Positions 10,612-23,500 of a DNA stretch of 62,439 nt are shown here, one piece after another. Source of the stretch: Mayamaea pseudoterrestris (taxonomy: Eukaryota); contig BROI01000035.1 of assembly GCA_027923505.1 (NCBI GenBank), positions 186,001-248,439 on the forward strand, in the 5' to 3' direction. Each line of letters begins with the position of its first letter. Positions within the stretch are counted from its first letter, which is position 1. The notes beneath the pieces are model-generated. The model had not been told where the DNA came from. It was given only the letters and a program-made list of their open reading frames with translations, and ran no database searches. The position numbers and the translations under genes are program-made.

Positions 10612-12783
10612 TCGGTCTCGAAAACTATTCATGTTGCACATTGTGGTTGTTAACTGGGAGAGTGTTACATATTGGGTTGTTTGAGATTGCATATTTCGGA
10701 GACACGGGGGAAGAGGCAGGTGAGTGCATTGGGCGAATGCAATTGTCAGCGAGAAATGCAAACATCACACGGACTCACATATTCATATTGCTTCTCTTTT
10801 GCAGACTGTCAATGGCGATTCACTGTCAATTTTTTATTATCTTTCGGTGCGGTGGTTCCTTATTTTTTCGTTCGGCTCGAAGTTGAAGGTGTGCACGGAG
10901 GAACTCGACTTGGGCCCTATTGACGGGTTTCAAGTGACAGGTATTCTGCGGCAGCATTGCGCCGTTAGAAAAGCGTCCTACAGACGTCCGCAGATGCTTG
11001 TCTTTCGGGTTTAAACCACCAGCATGCACCTTCACTGACGGTTGTTCAAACTGACGTCTCGGAGATGTGTCGGGTGGAGGATTTCTATCTTGGGTGTCTC
11101 TGGTTGCAGGTGGCGGGTCCATATTGGTTGCACCATGTGTGGTTATGTGCTGTACGACTTTTAAAGTCTAGCCCCCATTCCATGGCCGATCTGCATGAGA
11201 CCAGAGACGCGAAGCCCTTGAGAGTCGAGCCTTCATGCCCCGATCACTGATCCTTGATTGTCCATTTTACTTTTCGACGGAGGCGGACTTTATTTACTAT
11301 TATATTCATCATGTTACTGTAGGATTTCATATTTGGGTCACTCACATCTTCTCTCCACTTATATTAAACCGTAGTTCACGTTGTAGATCGTTTAATGCGA
11401 AGCCAGGATGGAATGTGCTCACCAAACGATGCACTGTGAATATCATGCGGCATGACGGCAAACTTCATTCACAATGTCCATTCGCGCGACTTCCATTCCA
11501 AAAGCTTTGTGTTTCCTTGACGATGATTTCATGCAGGGCATAGAGTCAAGCTTTGTATACTTCCAACCATGACACGCGGAACTGCATTGACAAGCTCAAT
11601 CATCCACGTCGTCGAATCATGACTACAGACTTGTTCGAAAGCATCAGTCGGAAACGATGTATCTGTCATTGACATGCAAGATAACTCATTGTTTCCTTTG
11701 CCGCTCTTGTTGTGCCAATGCTCTGAGAACATCCGACTATTCATCCAACTTGGTCGACGAGTGAATCATATTTACGCTCTTTTATCGCAAATCGCCATGC
11801 CATTGTAAACGCTTATTCAGCAAGTGCTATTCGGACGGTGTATTATGAATACTGGCTTCCCGACAGAATCGCGCTTTAAGAACGTGATCATGAATCATGA
11901 GACTCAAGAGGACGCTCCACGAAATGTCCTTTCCTGTTGAATCGTTTTTGTAATACATGGCCAAATGTCCAGAGCTGCATCTCGCTGCAACAGTAGTCAT
12001 TGTCAATTCGTTGTGATTAGGTGTCCGAAAAGCCGATGAAATGGGAAGCAGTGAGTTCAGTCCATTTTGTTGCCGAGAGAATATGAACTCGTGCTGATTG
12101 ACTGCGGCTCCTGAAGATGGACTCATATTGCAATAGAGATAATCACTACCAATTGTTTCTGCGATTCTTCTTGACCAGAAGTAGATGGTGAAGTGTATGA
12201 TGAGAATGGGCACGTGGTGATGATGATGTGTATCATGGTCGATGGCCGGTCTGGTGCGTACCTCTTGCGACGAGCGACGGAAAATAATCGGACGTTCGTT
12301 GTGAGTCCCGGTACGATCTTTTCGGATGTGACGTTTGAAACGATAGCCCAAGTCCGTTTCCGAATCAGATAAACGAACTTTGAAGCAGAAAAGAATCGCA
12401 AGACTTAACATGACATCTTGAATTGAAATCCTTTATTAGAGTATGGCCTAATAAAACAGTAATAGCCCTTTTTGATTTCAGATCGACGATCGACGACGTG
12501 TCGTCAAGGAAGGAGGCGCGCCACCCAGACGCTGATTCAGAATTTGACTCAAATAGATGAGGCTCTTTCGATACAGTACTACTATACGAGCGTACTGCAG
12601 TCAGAAGCCGTTCCTGCAGCTGCTGCCTCGTGCGAAACGACTGCATCATCACTAAAAGAATACGATAGCATCAGCAGCAGGAACGCTATTGCGCGGAAAG
12701 GAAGAGCAAGATGATTTTCAGTCGTCTCAAAAGTTGAAGAGTGTCTCTCGTATCTCGTCACTCGCCATCATTGTTACTCTATA

Positions 12784-13976
12784 ATGGATGCTACCAGCCT
12801 CGAACGATTTCTTAATGCCTCGCGACAAGACTGTAATCATGCCATTACTGTCGTCATCACTGGAGCAAACAGGTACGTCGTCGGTCCTCGAATGCTCAAC
12901 ACGTAATATGATCTGAACTCTGCCATAATAACACCACCATTTATCATTACTGCAGCGGCATTGGCTTATCGGCTGCCAAAATGCTGTCCAAGCTAAATCC
13001 CAAAAATCGAATTGTTTTGGCATGCCGAACATTGGAAAAGGCTGAGTTTGCACGCGATCAAATTCTTGAAAGCCTACCTGATAAGGACCGGCTGCTTGCG
13101 TCGTTGCACTTGATTCCACTAGTCTGCGATCATTGCTCACTTGATTCTGTCAAGCAATTTGTTGTCAATCTTCGGCGGAAACTAGACGAGGCAAACGAAG
13201 CTGATCGATACCCGCATACTGGAATTGATGCACTCTGTTTGAATGCTGGCGTAATTTTCGCCGACGGATCGAGTCCAACTTATACAGTCGATGGCTTCGA
13301 AACAACCTTCCAAACCAACCACTTGGCGCCTTTTGTCATTGCGAAACTGACAAGCAACTTTATCAATCCGGGTGGCCGCGTCATCTTTTCAACAAGTGGA
13401 CTGCATTTGCGACACCGGCTGGACTTGAAAGGCATTATTGACCCAGTTAATAAAGTAGTTCAAAAGCACTTTGAAATGATCAATGGCAACGCATTTCATT
13501 ACAAGGACAGTTACTCCTTGTCAAAGCTTTGCAACGTGGCTACATGCGCCGAGCTTCATGAGTATTTGCAGCAGCAAGGACACAACGCCCTTTCCCTTTG
13601 CTTTTCGCCTGGACTCATGCTTGACTCTGGTTTGTTTCGGCACCAGACATCATCCATCCATCCAATTCCAGAGGCACATAGAGAAGCGGTCATGCTAAAG
13701 GCCAAGACGGTGGCTTGGGGTGGTGGAGCGCTTGCTTACATGGTGTGGGCCGATGAACCTGCTCAGAAAGGAGCAGTCTATTGGAGGGACGAGTCCAACC
13801 AAGCTTGCAAAGCTTTGTATGGAAACGAATTTTGTCCAACTCCGATCTCGGAAGAAAATGTGAGCGTCACTGGTCGCAAAGAGCTATGGCGGGTGTCGTG
13901 CGAGTTGGCAAGAATTGTCGACGATAACAATGCTGGTAAATTTAACAGCGAGACGTACAAGTGCACTGTCGCGTGA
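12784..13976 (+). CDS. Short-chain dehydrogenase/reductase (protochlorophyllide reductase/WWOX-like clade)
   Basis: Exon 1 is 12784-12872. Removing intron 12873-12955 restores the Rossmann motif VVITGANSGIG. Also LNAGV, FQTNHLAPF and catalytic YSLSK. Confidence 0.85.
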
Positions 13977-14022
13977 CGTTAAGTTGATATATCATTGTAG
14001 TAGAAAGTTTTAGAGTGATATT

Positions 14023-15876
14023 TTATGCACCATCTAAACGTTTCAAGGCAGCAGCTGCCATGATTTCGCGCTTGTGCTTCTCAACACAAGCAGTGCTGCA
14101 GTAAACGTAGTTGAGCCGCTTGAACATGTCGCTTCTCTTCATTCCCTTTTTGGAGGTTTGACAAAAGTCGCATACATTGGTGGCAGTGCTCACCCTTGGG
14201 TGCAGTCCGTCGCGAATTCGTTTCACTTCCTCCTCGTGTTTCTGTCGTTCGGCTTCCTCGCGTTGCTGCTGCACCCGAGCGTCCTCAATAGCTTTGTCTT
14301 CTGCTTTCTTTTGCTTTTGTCGAGCCTTCTTCTTGCGCCGCTTCTCCGCTTCAATTTCCTGCTTGCGACGAATCTCGTCGTCTGTCAAGGCCGCCGCCAC
14401 TTTCGCGCCACTATCCCAATCACAATAATCTTCCCCAAGTGTTGCGCGCGCTCGTCGAAAGGCTTCTCGAATCTTGTCAGTGGTTGCCAGGAACCATGGG
14501 ACACGATGCCGACCATCAAGTGCGCATGGATCGGCGTGGCCAATCACCAAGAGTGCGTGGACGCAGTCCGCGTGCGCTACTGTCGCAGATTCGTTAGCAC
14601 TGTCACTGTTGCTTGCATCTGCTTGAGCCGCGAAGTGCAGGGGAGTCATGTAAAACTCGCCTGCACACATGCCAATCCAATCAACAACTTGCTCTGACTG
14701 CAACAGAGCCGTCAATCCTTCAAAGTTGCCGTCGCGAGAGGCAATGTGCAGTGGCGACAGTGGAACATCGGGTTCACTAACGTCTGTCTCGTCCGCTACC
14801 ACTTGTTCGCTCGTCAACGCTCTTTCAATGGCTGTCTTGGTATCGTTCAAGCGTTTAACGCCGCATACTTGCTGCTCCGTTTCCAAAGCTTCTCGCAATG
14901 TGACAGTCATCAAGACTGCATGAATGATTCCAACCGCTTCAAAAGTTGGTCGTCCAACGTCTAGTGGCACGCGTCGAATACGCTCATCACTCTTTACTAA
15001 TGCGTCTCCATCCAAGAGATCCTTTAGCATGGTCTTGGGGCACGAGATAAGTATCAATGCTGATCTCTCGATGTAGTGTTTCCATTGTGTCAATGTATTT
15101 TGAATATCTTGCTTTAGCAACTGCTCGCCCGCTCGCCGCAGCTGCGCGCCCATGCTCTTCGGCCGGCGATTTCCATCCTGCGTGGATTGCGCCTTGCCTT
15201 GTCCCTTGCGTACCGTATAACGTTGCGATGATGTATGTACGATACAGGTGTCTCGCTGGTAGACGGCGCCAGCGAATCGGCCGGAACGAACGCAAAGGAT
15301 GAGTATGAGCTTGTCTTGTTCGCGCAACAAATTGGCAAGATTGCTGACTGACTCGGCCAGAACGAGCTGACTGTTTGAGATACGGTGAATTTTGGACAAG
15401 AGACTGGATGGTGCATGCAGAGCAGTTGATTGGTTACATGGCAGTGCAACACAGGAAACATTTTCAACGTGTCGGGTGATTGTTGCGTTCCGCTGCTTGG
15501 CGTCCATGGACGGTTTCTCTTGGCGGTGCTGCCGACGAGGCATCTGCTGATTAGAGGGTGAAATATTTACCTCTTCTGGTGCCAATGCTGCAGCAATCGA
15601 TTCGTTTTGTGTTTGGTTGCTTGACAGTGAATTCACGTGTTCTTCGTCGCTGTCGTCCGATGACGACTCGCTGTCGTCGCGTCCAGTCTGATCTCCCTCT
15701 TCATCCGACAAATCTAGAAAACGAGGCAGTATGACCCTGGTTTGATTGTTGCGAAAAGCCTGGTTGCTTGCTTCCTCCTGCGCGTGAGCGTATTCCAACG
15801 CCTGTTGCACGAACACTTGCGCCTCATCTGAGTAAAGCGTCAATTTCTGCAGGATTCGTTCCTTGCCACTCGACAT
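14023..15876 (-). CDS. ANKZF1: ANKZF1/Vms1 peptidyl-tRNA release factor (ribosome quality control)
   Basis: VLRF1 signature RYTVRKGQGKAQSTQD...KSMGAQLRR, ankyrin repeats (SPLHIASRDG, TPLHFAA), a coiled coil and a C-terminal CDFC...YCSTAC Zn motif. Confidence 0.92.
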   Translation of the reverse strand: MSSGKERILQKLTLYSDEAQVFVQQALEYAHAQEEASNQAFRNNQTRVILPRFLDLSDEEGDQTGRDDSESSSDDSDEEHVNSLSSNQTQNESIAAALAPEEVNISPSNQQMPRRQHRQEKPSMDAKQRNATITRHVENVSCVALPCNQSTALHAPSSLLSKIHRISNSQLVLAESVSNLANLLREQDKLILILCVRSGRFAGAVYQRDTCIVHTSSQRYTVRKGQGKAQSTQDGNRRPKSMGAQLRRAGEQLLKQDIQNTLTQWKHYIERSALILISCPKTMLKDLLDGDALVKSDERIRRVPLDVGRPTFEAVGIIHAVLMTVTLREALETEQQVCGVKRLNDTKTAIERALTSEQVVADETDVSEPDVPLSPLHIASRDGNFEGLTALLQSEQVVDWIGMCAGEFYMTPLHFAAQADASNSDSANESATVAHADCVHALLVIGHADPCALDGRHRVPWFLATTDKIREAFRRARATLGEDYCDWDSGAKVAAALTDDEIRRKQEIEAEKRRKKKARQKQKKAEDKAIEDARVQQQREEAERQKHEEEVKRIRDGLHPRVSTATNVCDFCQTSKKGMKRSDMFKRLNYVYCSTACVEKHKREIMAAAALKRLDGA

Positions 15877-17341
15877 GATTGTCAGTTAGCTGTCTTTCTT
15901 TGCCGCTGACGTTATCACTGCAAAGTATACGCAGCGCTTCCAAGAGTACAAATAGCGGCGCCATGGAAAGGAAAATCCCATGGTCGAGACGCGTCGCGCA
16001 CCTCATTCGTAGTTTCGTCGAGTACCGATAAGACGGCTGGGATAACCGGTAAGACGCCATTTGACTGACTTTCGACGGCGACCATGCGCGCCGCGCTAGG
16101 TGACACAAACTACCGGTAGCCAAGGGATGCGTGATGCGTTCTACTCATATGTCATGTCGAGAAGGAAGACTACTACTATAGTTATACATTCCTGTACGGA
16201 TTTGTGGCGCTCCCAAACTCCAGTATGTCGAAGTGAATCCAAAGGAGCAAGTTGACTCTCGACAAGCCTTTCTCCGTCTTGAATAAATCATGTGGGGCAG
16301 TGACTTGTGCACCGTATGACACGATTACGATTTTGTTCGTAGCGGCAAATCGAGTACGATCGACAGCTTTCTTCGCAGTGAGATTCGAATACGTACTCAA
16401 TCGCGGTGCGTGTCCCTGTTATGTATCAAGCATCAGGCTCCACCATTGACCATTGAACGAGCCTGCCGCCTGCATGGCTTAACGATGACGATACTGTTAC
16501 CATCTCTACCGTACGACTGCAAAGCGGCCGACATTATGCTACTTTTGATGACACAAAAGCTCCCGATGGCTATCACATTGTCACTGTTGATCGCTGGTAC
16601 ATGCAGCAGCTACATTTCTTTCATCACCGAGTCGCTTTCGAAGCTGCTCCTCGGCCACAATGCAACAACGGCACTGAGTCTCTTGCAAAGATACAAGTAC
16701 CTTACCCTAAAGGGATGGCCGCACTTCCCGCTTGATGCGAAAATGTGACGAAAAGTAGTAAAAGTTGACACTGGAACAGGCCATGCTTTTGCTCGAACTG
16801 AGTTTCAAATCATGCGGTGGAAGCGCGAACTTATCTATTGCGGAGCAGCAATCTCGTTGGGCACGTCCATGTTAGCACGGAGGCTATCCATCGTTTTTAA
16901 AAAACGATCATCGACTCCAAAGTATGTGACCATACTGCTCAAAGATTAGAGTAAGAATGAAACAGCTCAGACGCGTTTCTTCTTGACTGTGAGTACACCG
17001 ACGCTATAGACAGCATTGCACTTGACGTGGACACAGGCTTTGGAGCTACAAGTTTTCGCAGAGACTGTGCACTGTTTTTGCAATCCATCGTATGAAAAGT
17101 GTATATCGGTGACAAGAAGCGAAAGCACGTGCGATTTGCATACGGCTACATGTAGTATTTTTACGACTAATTCTAGCGATTAATCATAGTCGGATTCCAA
17201 CCAAATAGTATGTATTTTCATCTTATGGAGGAGCTAAGCTCATACTTGTTGTTTGTTTGTGTGGACGAGCGAAGGAATCAGCAAAGATATACATACTAAT
17301 ACAGTCTTTACTACTCTACGCATACAATGGCCAATTCACAC

Positions 17342-18424
17342 CTAGTGACTCTTGCGATGAGCCTCGACAATGGCATCATCCACCAACAAGCCCCAATGAA
17401 ACAATGTCTGCCGAATCACTGGAGAAATGCTTGCATCCTCTGCCTTGGCATTCGCAGCCATGATTTTGTTGCACAATTGACTCTTAAATCGCCCCTTCGG
17501 CCCAGCAATCTTGAGCCACCGCGACACTTGTCGAAAGTCGTCCGAGCAACGACGGCCCTGATAAAATCGACAGTACCACTGAAACCATCCGTATGGATCA
17601 ATTTCGGAAATCCAGCCGCTTGATTCCCACATTCCGAGCGAGCCTCCGCACTTAACACCGTACTTGTTGATGGAGACATCGTAAGTGTCTGATGTAAGCA
17701 TCTTCTTGATGTCGAGACCCTCGATCCATTCCGATGGTACTGTGTCATAGAGCGCTTGCTCTCCATTGTAGGTTTCATTGGTGACAGCCGACGTGATGGT
17801 TCGAAAGTAGGTTCCTCCAAACGCACCGGCGCGTAATACTTGCTCCGGCGTTTGATTGGGATAGAAGTCCTTCAATATTGGTGCAATCGACTTGCTTTCA
17901 CCTGCCTCAAAAACGAGTCGGCCTTTAGAATCGCGTTTCGGGAGTGGACTCTGCTTGTCATGCACAGCAATCTTTCCAGGCGGCATGACGGGCGGATTCT
18001 TGTATAATTCCTTCTTTTGCTTTTTGAGGCGAGAGGTATATTCGCTTAGGGAGCCAGGCAGTTTCGAGTCGCCATGAGTGTCCGTCGTCTCTTGCTGCTG
18101 TTCGTCGTCAACCAAAGATTCATTTCCTTGTTCTTCGTCAACTGTCTCCGCCGCTTGAATTTCATTGGCCAATGACTTTGCCGTGTCCATCTTTTCGAGC
18201 AGAGACTTCCATCTTTGACCATCTGCCTTGCTAGCATGTCGCTTAAGGGCGCGAATCGATTTTTGAAGGCTTGTCAATGCTGCAAGCATGGCGGCTCGAT
18301 CGGCCTTGATGGTGTGACGTTTGAGTTCGGATTCCACTTTTTCCAGCAAGTCTTCGCACTTCTCAAGTTCAGGCCCTTGCTTAGCTTGCTTTTGAATGTC
18401 CTTGACAAAGGATAGAGAGGTCAT
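17342..18424 (-). CDS. Conserved uncharacterised protein
   Basis: 360 aa with a Trp/Gly-rich domain I recognise as a widespread uncharacterised family: FYPNQTPEQVLRAGAFGGTYFR, YGVKCGGSLGMWESSGWI..DPYGWFQWYCRFYQGRR, RQTLFHW. Confidence 0.75.
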   Translation of the reverse strand: MTSLSFVKDIQKQAKQGPELEKCEDLLEKVESELKRHTIKADRAAMLAALTSLQKSIRALKRHASKADGQRWKSLLEKMDTAKSLANEIQAAETVDEEQGNESLVDDEQQQETTDTHGDSKLPGSLSEYTSRLKKQKKELYKNPPVMPPGKIAVHDKQSPLPKRDSKGRLVFEAGESKSIAPILKDFYPNQTPEQVLRAGAFGGTYFRTITSAVTNETYNGEQALYDTVPSEWIEGLDIKKMLTSDTYDVSINKYGVKCGGSLGMWESSGWISEIDPYGWFQWYCRFYQGRRCSDDFRQVSRWLKIAGPKGRFKSQLCNKIMAANAKAEDASISPVIRQTLFHWGLLVDDAIVEAHRKSH

Positions 18425-18686
18425 TGGACGATAGAATAAGGAGAAGGCTGCCGAGAGCCACGTTCATTTTCGATTGTCGATGGAAAATGGAAATCGGCGG
18501 CGAATGAGTCAGTCATTTAGTACCGATGCGAGGCTGCAGGGACACCGAATTTTACCGCGTACCGCGCTTACTTGGAAAACGTAGCGCGCAAAATGCAGCC
18601 AACGACGAAGCCTAGCTCCGCGACATCGCTTGCTTGCCGTGCATCCTCACTCAGCAGATTTCTTGTTGTATTAGTAACTCTTCAAA

Positions 18687-19225
18687 ATGGTACGCTATTT
18701 GCCAAGGATGCTTGAAATACGAGAGCGAGCCAATAGAATACGAATGAACAACAACTCTCGTTGGCTGAGCAATTTCTTAAGGCTGTTCCCTCGAGCCAAA
18801 GCATTATTTTGAATTACAACCAATCCTTTATCTCACACTGCACTTCTTTCTTGTTTCGACAGGGCGTTCGCACGAAAACTGTCAAAAAGTCTGCTCGGAC
18901 TGTAGTCGAAAAGTACTACACTCGCCTGACGCTTGACTTTCACACTAACAAGCGCATTGTCGATGCCGTCACGATTACTCCGTCCAAGCGCATGCGCAAC
19001 AAGATTGCTGGATACACGACCCACTTGATGCGACGCATTGCCAAGGGACCTGTCAGAGGTATCTCATTAAAGCTACAGGAGGAGGAGCGAGAACGACGAT
19101 TGGATTTTGTTCCAGAGGTTTCAGCCCTTGATCAAGAGACGATTCAAATTGATCCGGATACGCGTGACATGCTCGAGTCGCTCGGATTCGGAAGCTTGAA
19201 TGGAATTGCTGTCAATCAAAACTAG
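18687..19225 (+). CDS. RPS17: 40S ribosomal protein S17 (eS17)
   Basis: ATG-only first exon 18687-18689, intron 18690-18862 (GTACGC...gacAG), then [12 protein letters not shown]...[35 protein letters not shown]. Confidence 0.97.
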
Positions 19226-20545
19226 ATTATAAATTCAACGTAGTGTGCAGCAAAGGTTGTACTTCTTTCTTTTATTTCCCGCGCCATGTTAGGGCAACTG
19301 ATTGCACGAGTGGCAAACATTATTAGCGAGAATGAACATTGAGCTCGCTTCCAACATATATACGCTGGTGCATTCACTTTCACATTATACAAATATACAG
19401 GAGCCAGCTGAAATGCTAACCGACGTTAACGCATCATACGTCTCGCTTTGATGTTCATTATGTTCGTACTCGTACCTCGTACATGGCAAGGTCGTTTGAA
19501 TGTTCGTGATGCACAATGTAGTAATGTAGTATAAAATGGACCGGGAATTTCATATCAAGGCCACTTGCACTTGAACTACAAAATGTGATGTTACCATCCT
19601 ACTAGCTTAAGTTTGTCATTTGGATACGTGACAGACGGAGCTTCCAGTTTGCATGGTTGTTGGTACAACTGTAATGTTTGAATGATCCCTAATCTTAGTC
19701 GACAGTGCAACCGTCAACCATACTTTGCGTGTAGGCTGGTTGGTGTACAGCAGCAAGCGTCACGGGCATGAAATTTCCATCCTTTGTTGTTGTTGTCTTT
19801 GTAGTTCGCCGTCGACGATTTGACGAGTCAATCGTCATTTGCACTCGGTAGCTAACTGCAACGGAATACCGTAAGTAATCATCACGCATAGTCATGCTGC
19901 AATTAACGATACGTTTTAAATGTAGTTGCTTTGGCTGAATGCAATCTTTGACCAAGCATATTATCGGTGGTTGCATGACAGGGCTACAAGGACGGTGTAC
20001 GAGTCATCGCCAAAGAAATTGTGAGCGCGCCTATGATACCAAGAATGTGAACGTAAATCTGGGACTGAAAAGTAGTCAATTCCGAACACATTCACCGCAA
20101 AATGAGTCATTTGGACTTTACTTCAAGCAGCGGCTTTGAAAAAAGAGTACACTTTGCGTCAGAGGAATTGCTGAAACGTCACAATGGTCGTCGTCGGCAA
20201 ACACTAACGGCGGCCATGGGAGGATTTGAGTCGAAGACCCCTTTGTTTGAAAGTTCCTCTTGGCAACAATGAATGGAATTGATTTTTTATAGTTTCAATA
20301 GTTGTGTCACAAAGCCACGCCAAGTTTCAATGCAAAGGCGCTGGTAGATCGCGAGTATTTTGGTCTCAAAGTCCGAGTATCTTCATATTGAGAGGTACCT
20401 TGCGTCTCGCACCTCCTTCCTAAATAACTTGACACCACCATGACGCGACAGGGTGTCGTTTCGTTTTGGCGATCAAGCTCCAGACGCGTGCCAAAACGTC
20501 GTTGGACTCTATCTCATAATCTCTGAGTCGAGGCGTCGATTCACC

Positions 20546-23500
20546 ATGTCGTCTATGACAGTCGCTCCGATGCTGGCGGAGACTTCTACTGTTAGCCGCG
20601 ACATGGCCAGCATGCGCAATCACCAAGACGTCGTCGAGACGGGAAATTCCATTGGAATCATGGAGGAAGGTTTGGACGCCGAAGGTAAGCTTGCCATCGC
20701 AACATTCGAGTCGGATGGAGTTTGCTGTTTGCTGCAATCACTTATTCACTCACCCTCTCCTCGTCTATGACGACAGGCCTCATCAATGGAAGTCCCGTCC
20801 CGAGCAACGTCAACGCTGCTTCTTTTGGCACCATGGAACCTGGATGGAATGGACAAGGTAAACTCAACGATGGGAACGGCTGCTCGGAGGGAGTCTTTTC
20901 TCCTCTTGTACTTGGTACTCATTATGTCGTTTCCTCCGTCACTGCTTGCAGACGCGAATCATGGAGTTCCAAGCGCATCATTTACAATGCTGCAGAATGA
21001 TTTGAGTTTGGAAGGTACGTTCATCCCTACAGCACGAGGCGTCGCGAATGTGGCGTGTGTGTGATTGGGTGCAGTAGCATTACACTTGACACTTACACTT
21101 GCGTCTTTAATTCACACTCTGCAGATTCGAATCGCGGAGCTTCAATCCAGTTGCAGATCGATCGTCAAAACGCCGACGTCGCCGACGAGGCTGAAGCGAT
21201 GCAACAGGAACCTTCGATTCAATTTGCTCCAAGTCAAGCCAACATTGCCATTGCAGGACCCACATCCGACGCTGTCGCTGATGGACCGACTGCCAACGAT
21301 TCCTGCTCTGTGGGTATGGGTGCGCGCGCCACTGCTTCTCCTTGCGCTGACGATCATTCAGCTGCAGACCAGACGTTTGGCGGTCGAAGTCCGGAGGAGA
21401 TTGTCACCTTCATGATGATGCATGCCAATGCCTTTCAAGATGCTCTCACTGCGGTGGCCATTGAGTCTCCTGCAAGTGAAGCCGCCCCGGCGGTTCTGGC
21501 AAATGGCGGTCCAAGTCCCGAGGAGATTGTCACCTTCATGATGATGCATGCCAATGCCTTTCAAGATGCTCTCGCGGCGGTTGCCATTGAGTCTCCTGCA
21601 AGCGAAGTGGCCCCTGCCGTCCTAGCAAATGGCGGTCCAAGTCCCGAGGAGATTGTCACCTTCATGATGATGCATGCCAATGCCTTTCAACCCCATGCCA
21701 CATCCCTTCCCGAGGAGATTGTCACCTTCATGATGATGCATGCCAATGCCTTTCAAGATGCTCTCGCGGCGGTTGCCATTGAGTCTCCTGCAAGCGAAGT
21801 AACCCCTGCGGTCCAGGCAAATGCTGCAAGCGAAGTGGCCCCTGCCGTCCTGGCAAATGGCGGTCCAAGTCCCGAGGAGATTGTCACCTTCATGATGATG
21901 CATGCCAATGCCTTTCAAGATGCTCTCGCGGCGGTTGCCATTGAGTCTCCTGCACGCGAAGTAACCCCTGCGGTCCAGGCAAATGGCGGTCCAAGTCCCG
22001 AGGAGATTGTCACCTTCATGATGATGCATGTCAATGCCTTTCAAGATGCTCTCACTGCGGTGGCCATTGAGTCTCCTGCCGTCGAGGCTCACAGTCTCAT
22101 GACCAATTCTACTCATGGTCCGACCAATGCTGAGCTTGGAGTTGTTATAAACACTTGCACGACGGACAATGAGTTCAACGACGGCGTCCAAGGTCATTCC
22201 AGTGCTATTGTCAATCGCTGCTTGCCGCGTTGTCGCGTTAAGACTCCTCCCGTTGTCGAAACAGTCTTCAGTGACGACGAAGAGGACGACGAACCTACGA
22301 CTCGCTTCACGGGCCCCAAAGTCGTTGCCATTCCGATTGAGTCATTCAGGACTGGTGCTACAGGTCCCTCCATGCTCAGTGGACGCGTCGGCGCCCGCGC
22401 GGAATCCATTCATGCTAGTAATGAGGAATTAGAAGGAGACGAGAATGGTCAACCTGGCATTAACCGTCCATTGCCTGTCTTGCTTCTCCTAGTGGATGCT
22501 TGGGCGCGCCATCGGCCTGCTATTGTTCGAGTGTTTCGACAAGGTCCCGGGGACCCGCTGGTTGCCTTGCGCTACATGTGGAAATTCTTTGTTTTGTTTA
22601 TGGTCTTTTTGAACTGGAAAACAGCAAATCCTCGGATGTATCTTCGCCGCGCCCCAACTACAAAGCCAAACTTTCAATACACGTCGACCGCAGCTCAAAG
22701 TTTCAAAGAGGGCTTGTGCAAGGAAGTCGCCATGTATGCCCCATTAAAGAACGCAGCGTATGACGGCGGCACAAATGCTCTTGATATCCATCTTTCTTGG
22801 CATGCGCGATTTAGCACTGGAGCTGCGATGTCCGGACATACTTCGGAACAAACGAGCGGCAAAGAGCTCGTTGTCTATCGCCCTGAGTTGCAGGGCGGTT
22901 TGAGCGATGATTCGATGACCAAACCTCCTAGCTCCGTGAAAGGCAGCTACCTTGAACATTTCAATCCTCTTGAGTATTTTCACACCTGGCTTCGTCGCTT
23001 GTTTGGCGGAAACAAGGACACAGCTACAAGCTCGGGGCATGGCACCGGCAAGGAGCTTGTCACCTATTGTTCCAAGTCACAGGGCGCAGTGAACAATGAA
23101 TTGACGACCATTCCTCTTCGCATCACGCAAGGCAGCTTTGTTGAACAAACCAACTTGTTTAAGAATGTGCGCTCTTGGATTCGTCGCTTGTTTGGCGGGG
23201 CTAAGAACACAGCTCTAAGCTTGGAGGAAGGCAGTGGCGAGGAGTTTGGCATATATCCTCCCAATGTAAAAAGCGCATTACACGATGAGCTGGCAACCAC
23301 TCGTCCTAATTTGGAGCAAGGCAGTGCCAACCAAGTCGCCATCTACCGTCCTGATTCACTGAGCGATTTGATGCACCAAGATTACCTCGAGGCTGGCCAT
23401 ATCTTGGCTGGACGCACGCTTTTGTCCAGTAGCCGACCTCTTTTGAAAAGTGCTACCTGCAAGGAACTCGTAACCTTTTACCCGTCGCCTTGGCGCGTGG

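Noticed and set aside
11529..12652. Minus-strand gene built from ORFs 12365-12652, 11827-12411 and 11529-11744
   Set aside because: It has a transit-peptide-like start and one intron-like segment, but I could not assemble a consistent spliced frame or recognise a domain. It may be a degraded gene or lncRNA.
15900..17340. tRNA, snRNA or small genes in the longer intergenic gaps (also 19230-20500 and 26560-27440)
   Set aside because: I recognised no cloverleaf, T-loop or snRNA signature, and the ORFs look random.
18690..18862. snoRNA in the RPS17 intron
   Set aside because: I found no convincing C box with a paired D box, or H/ACA structure.
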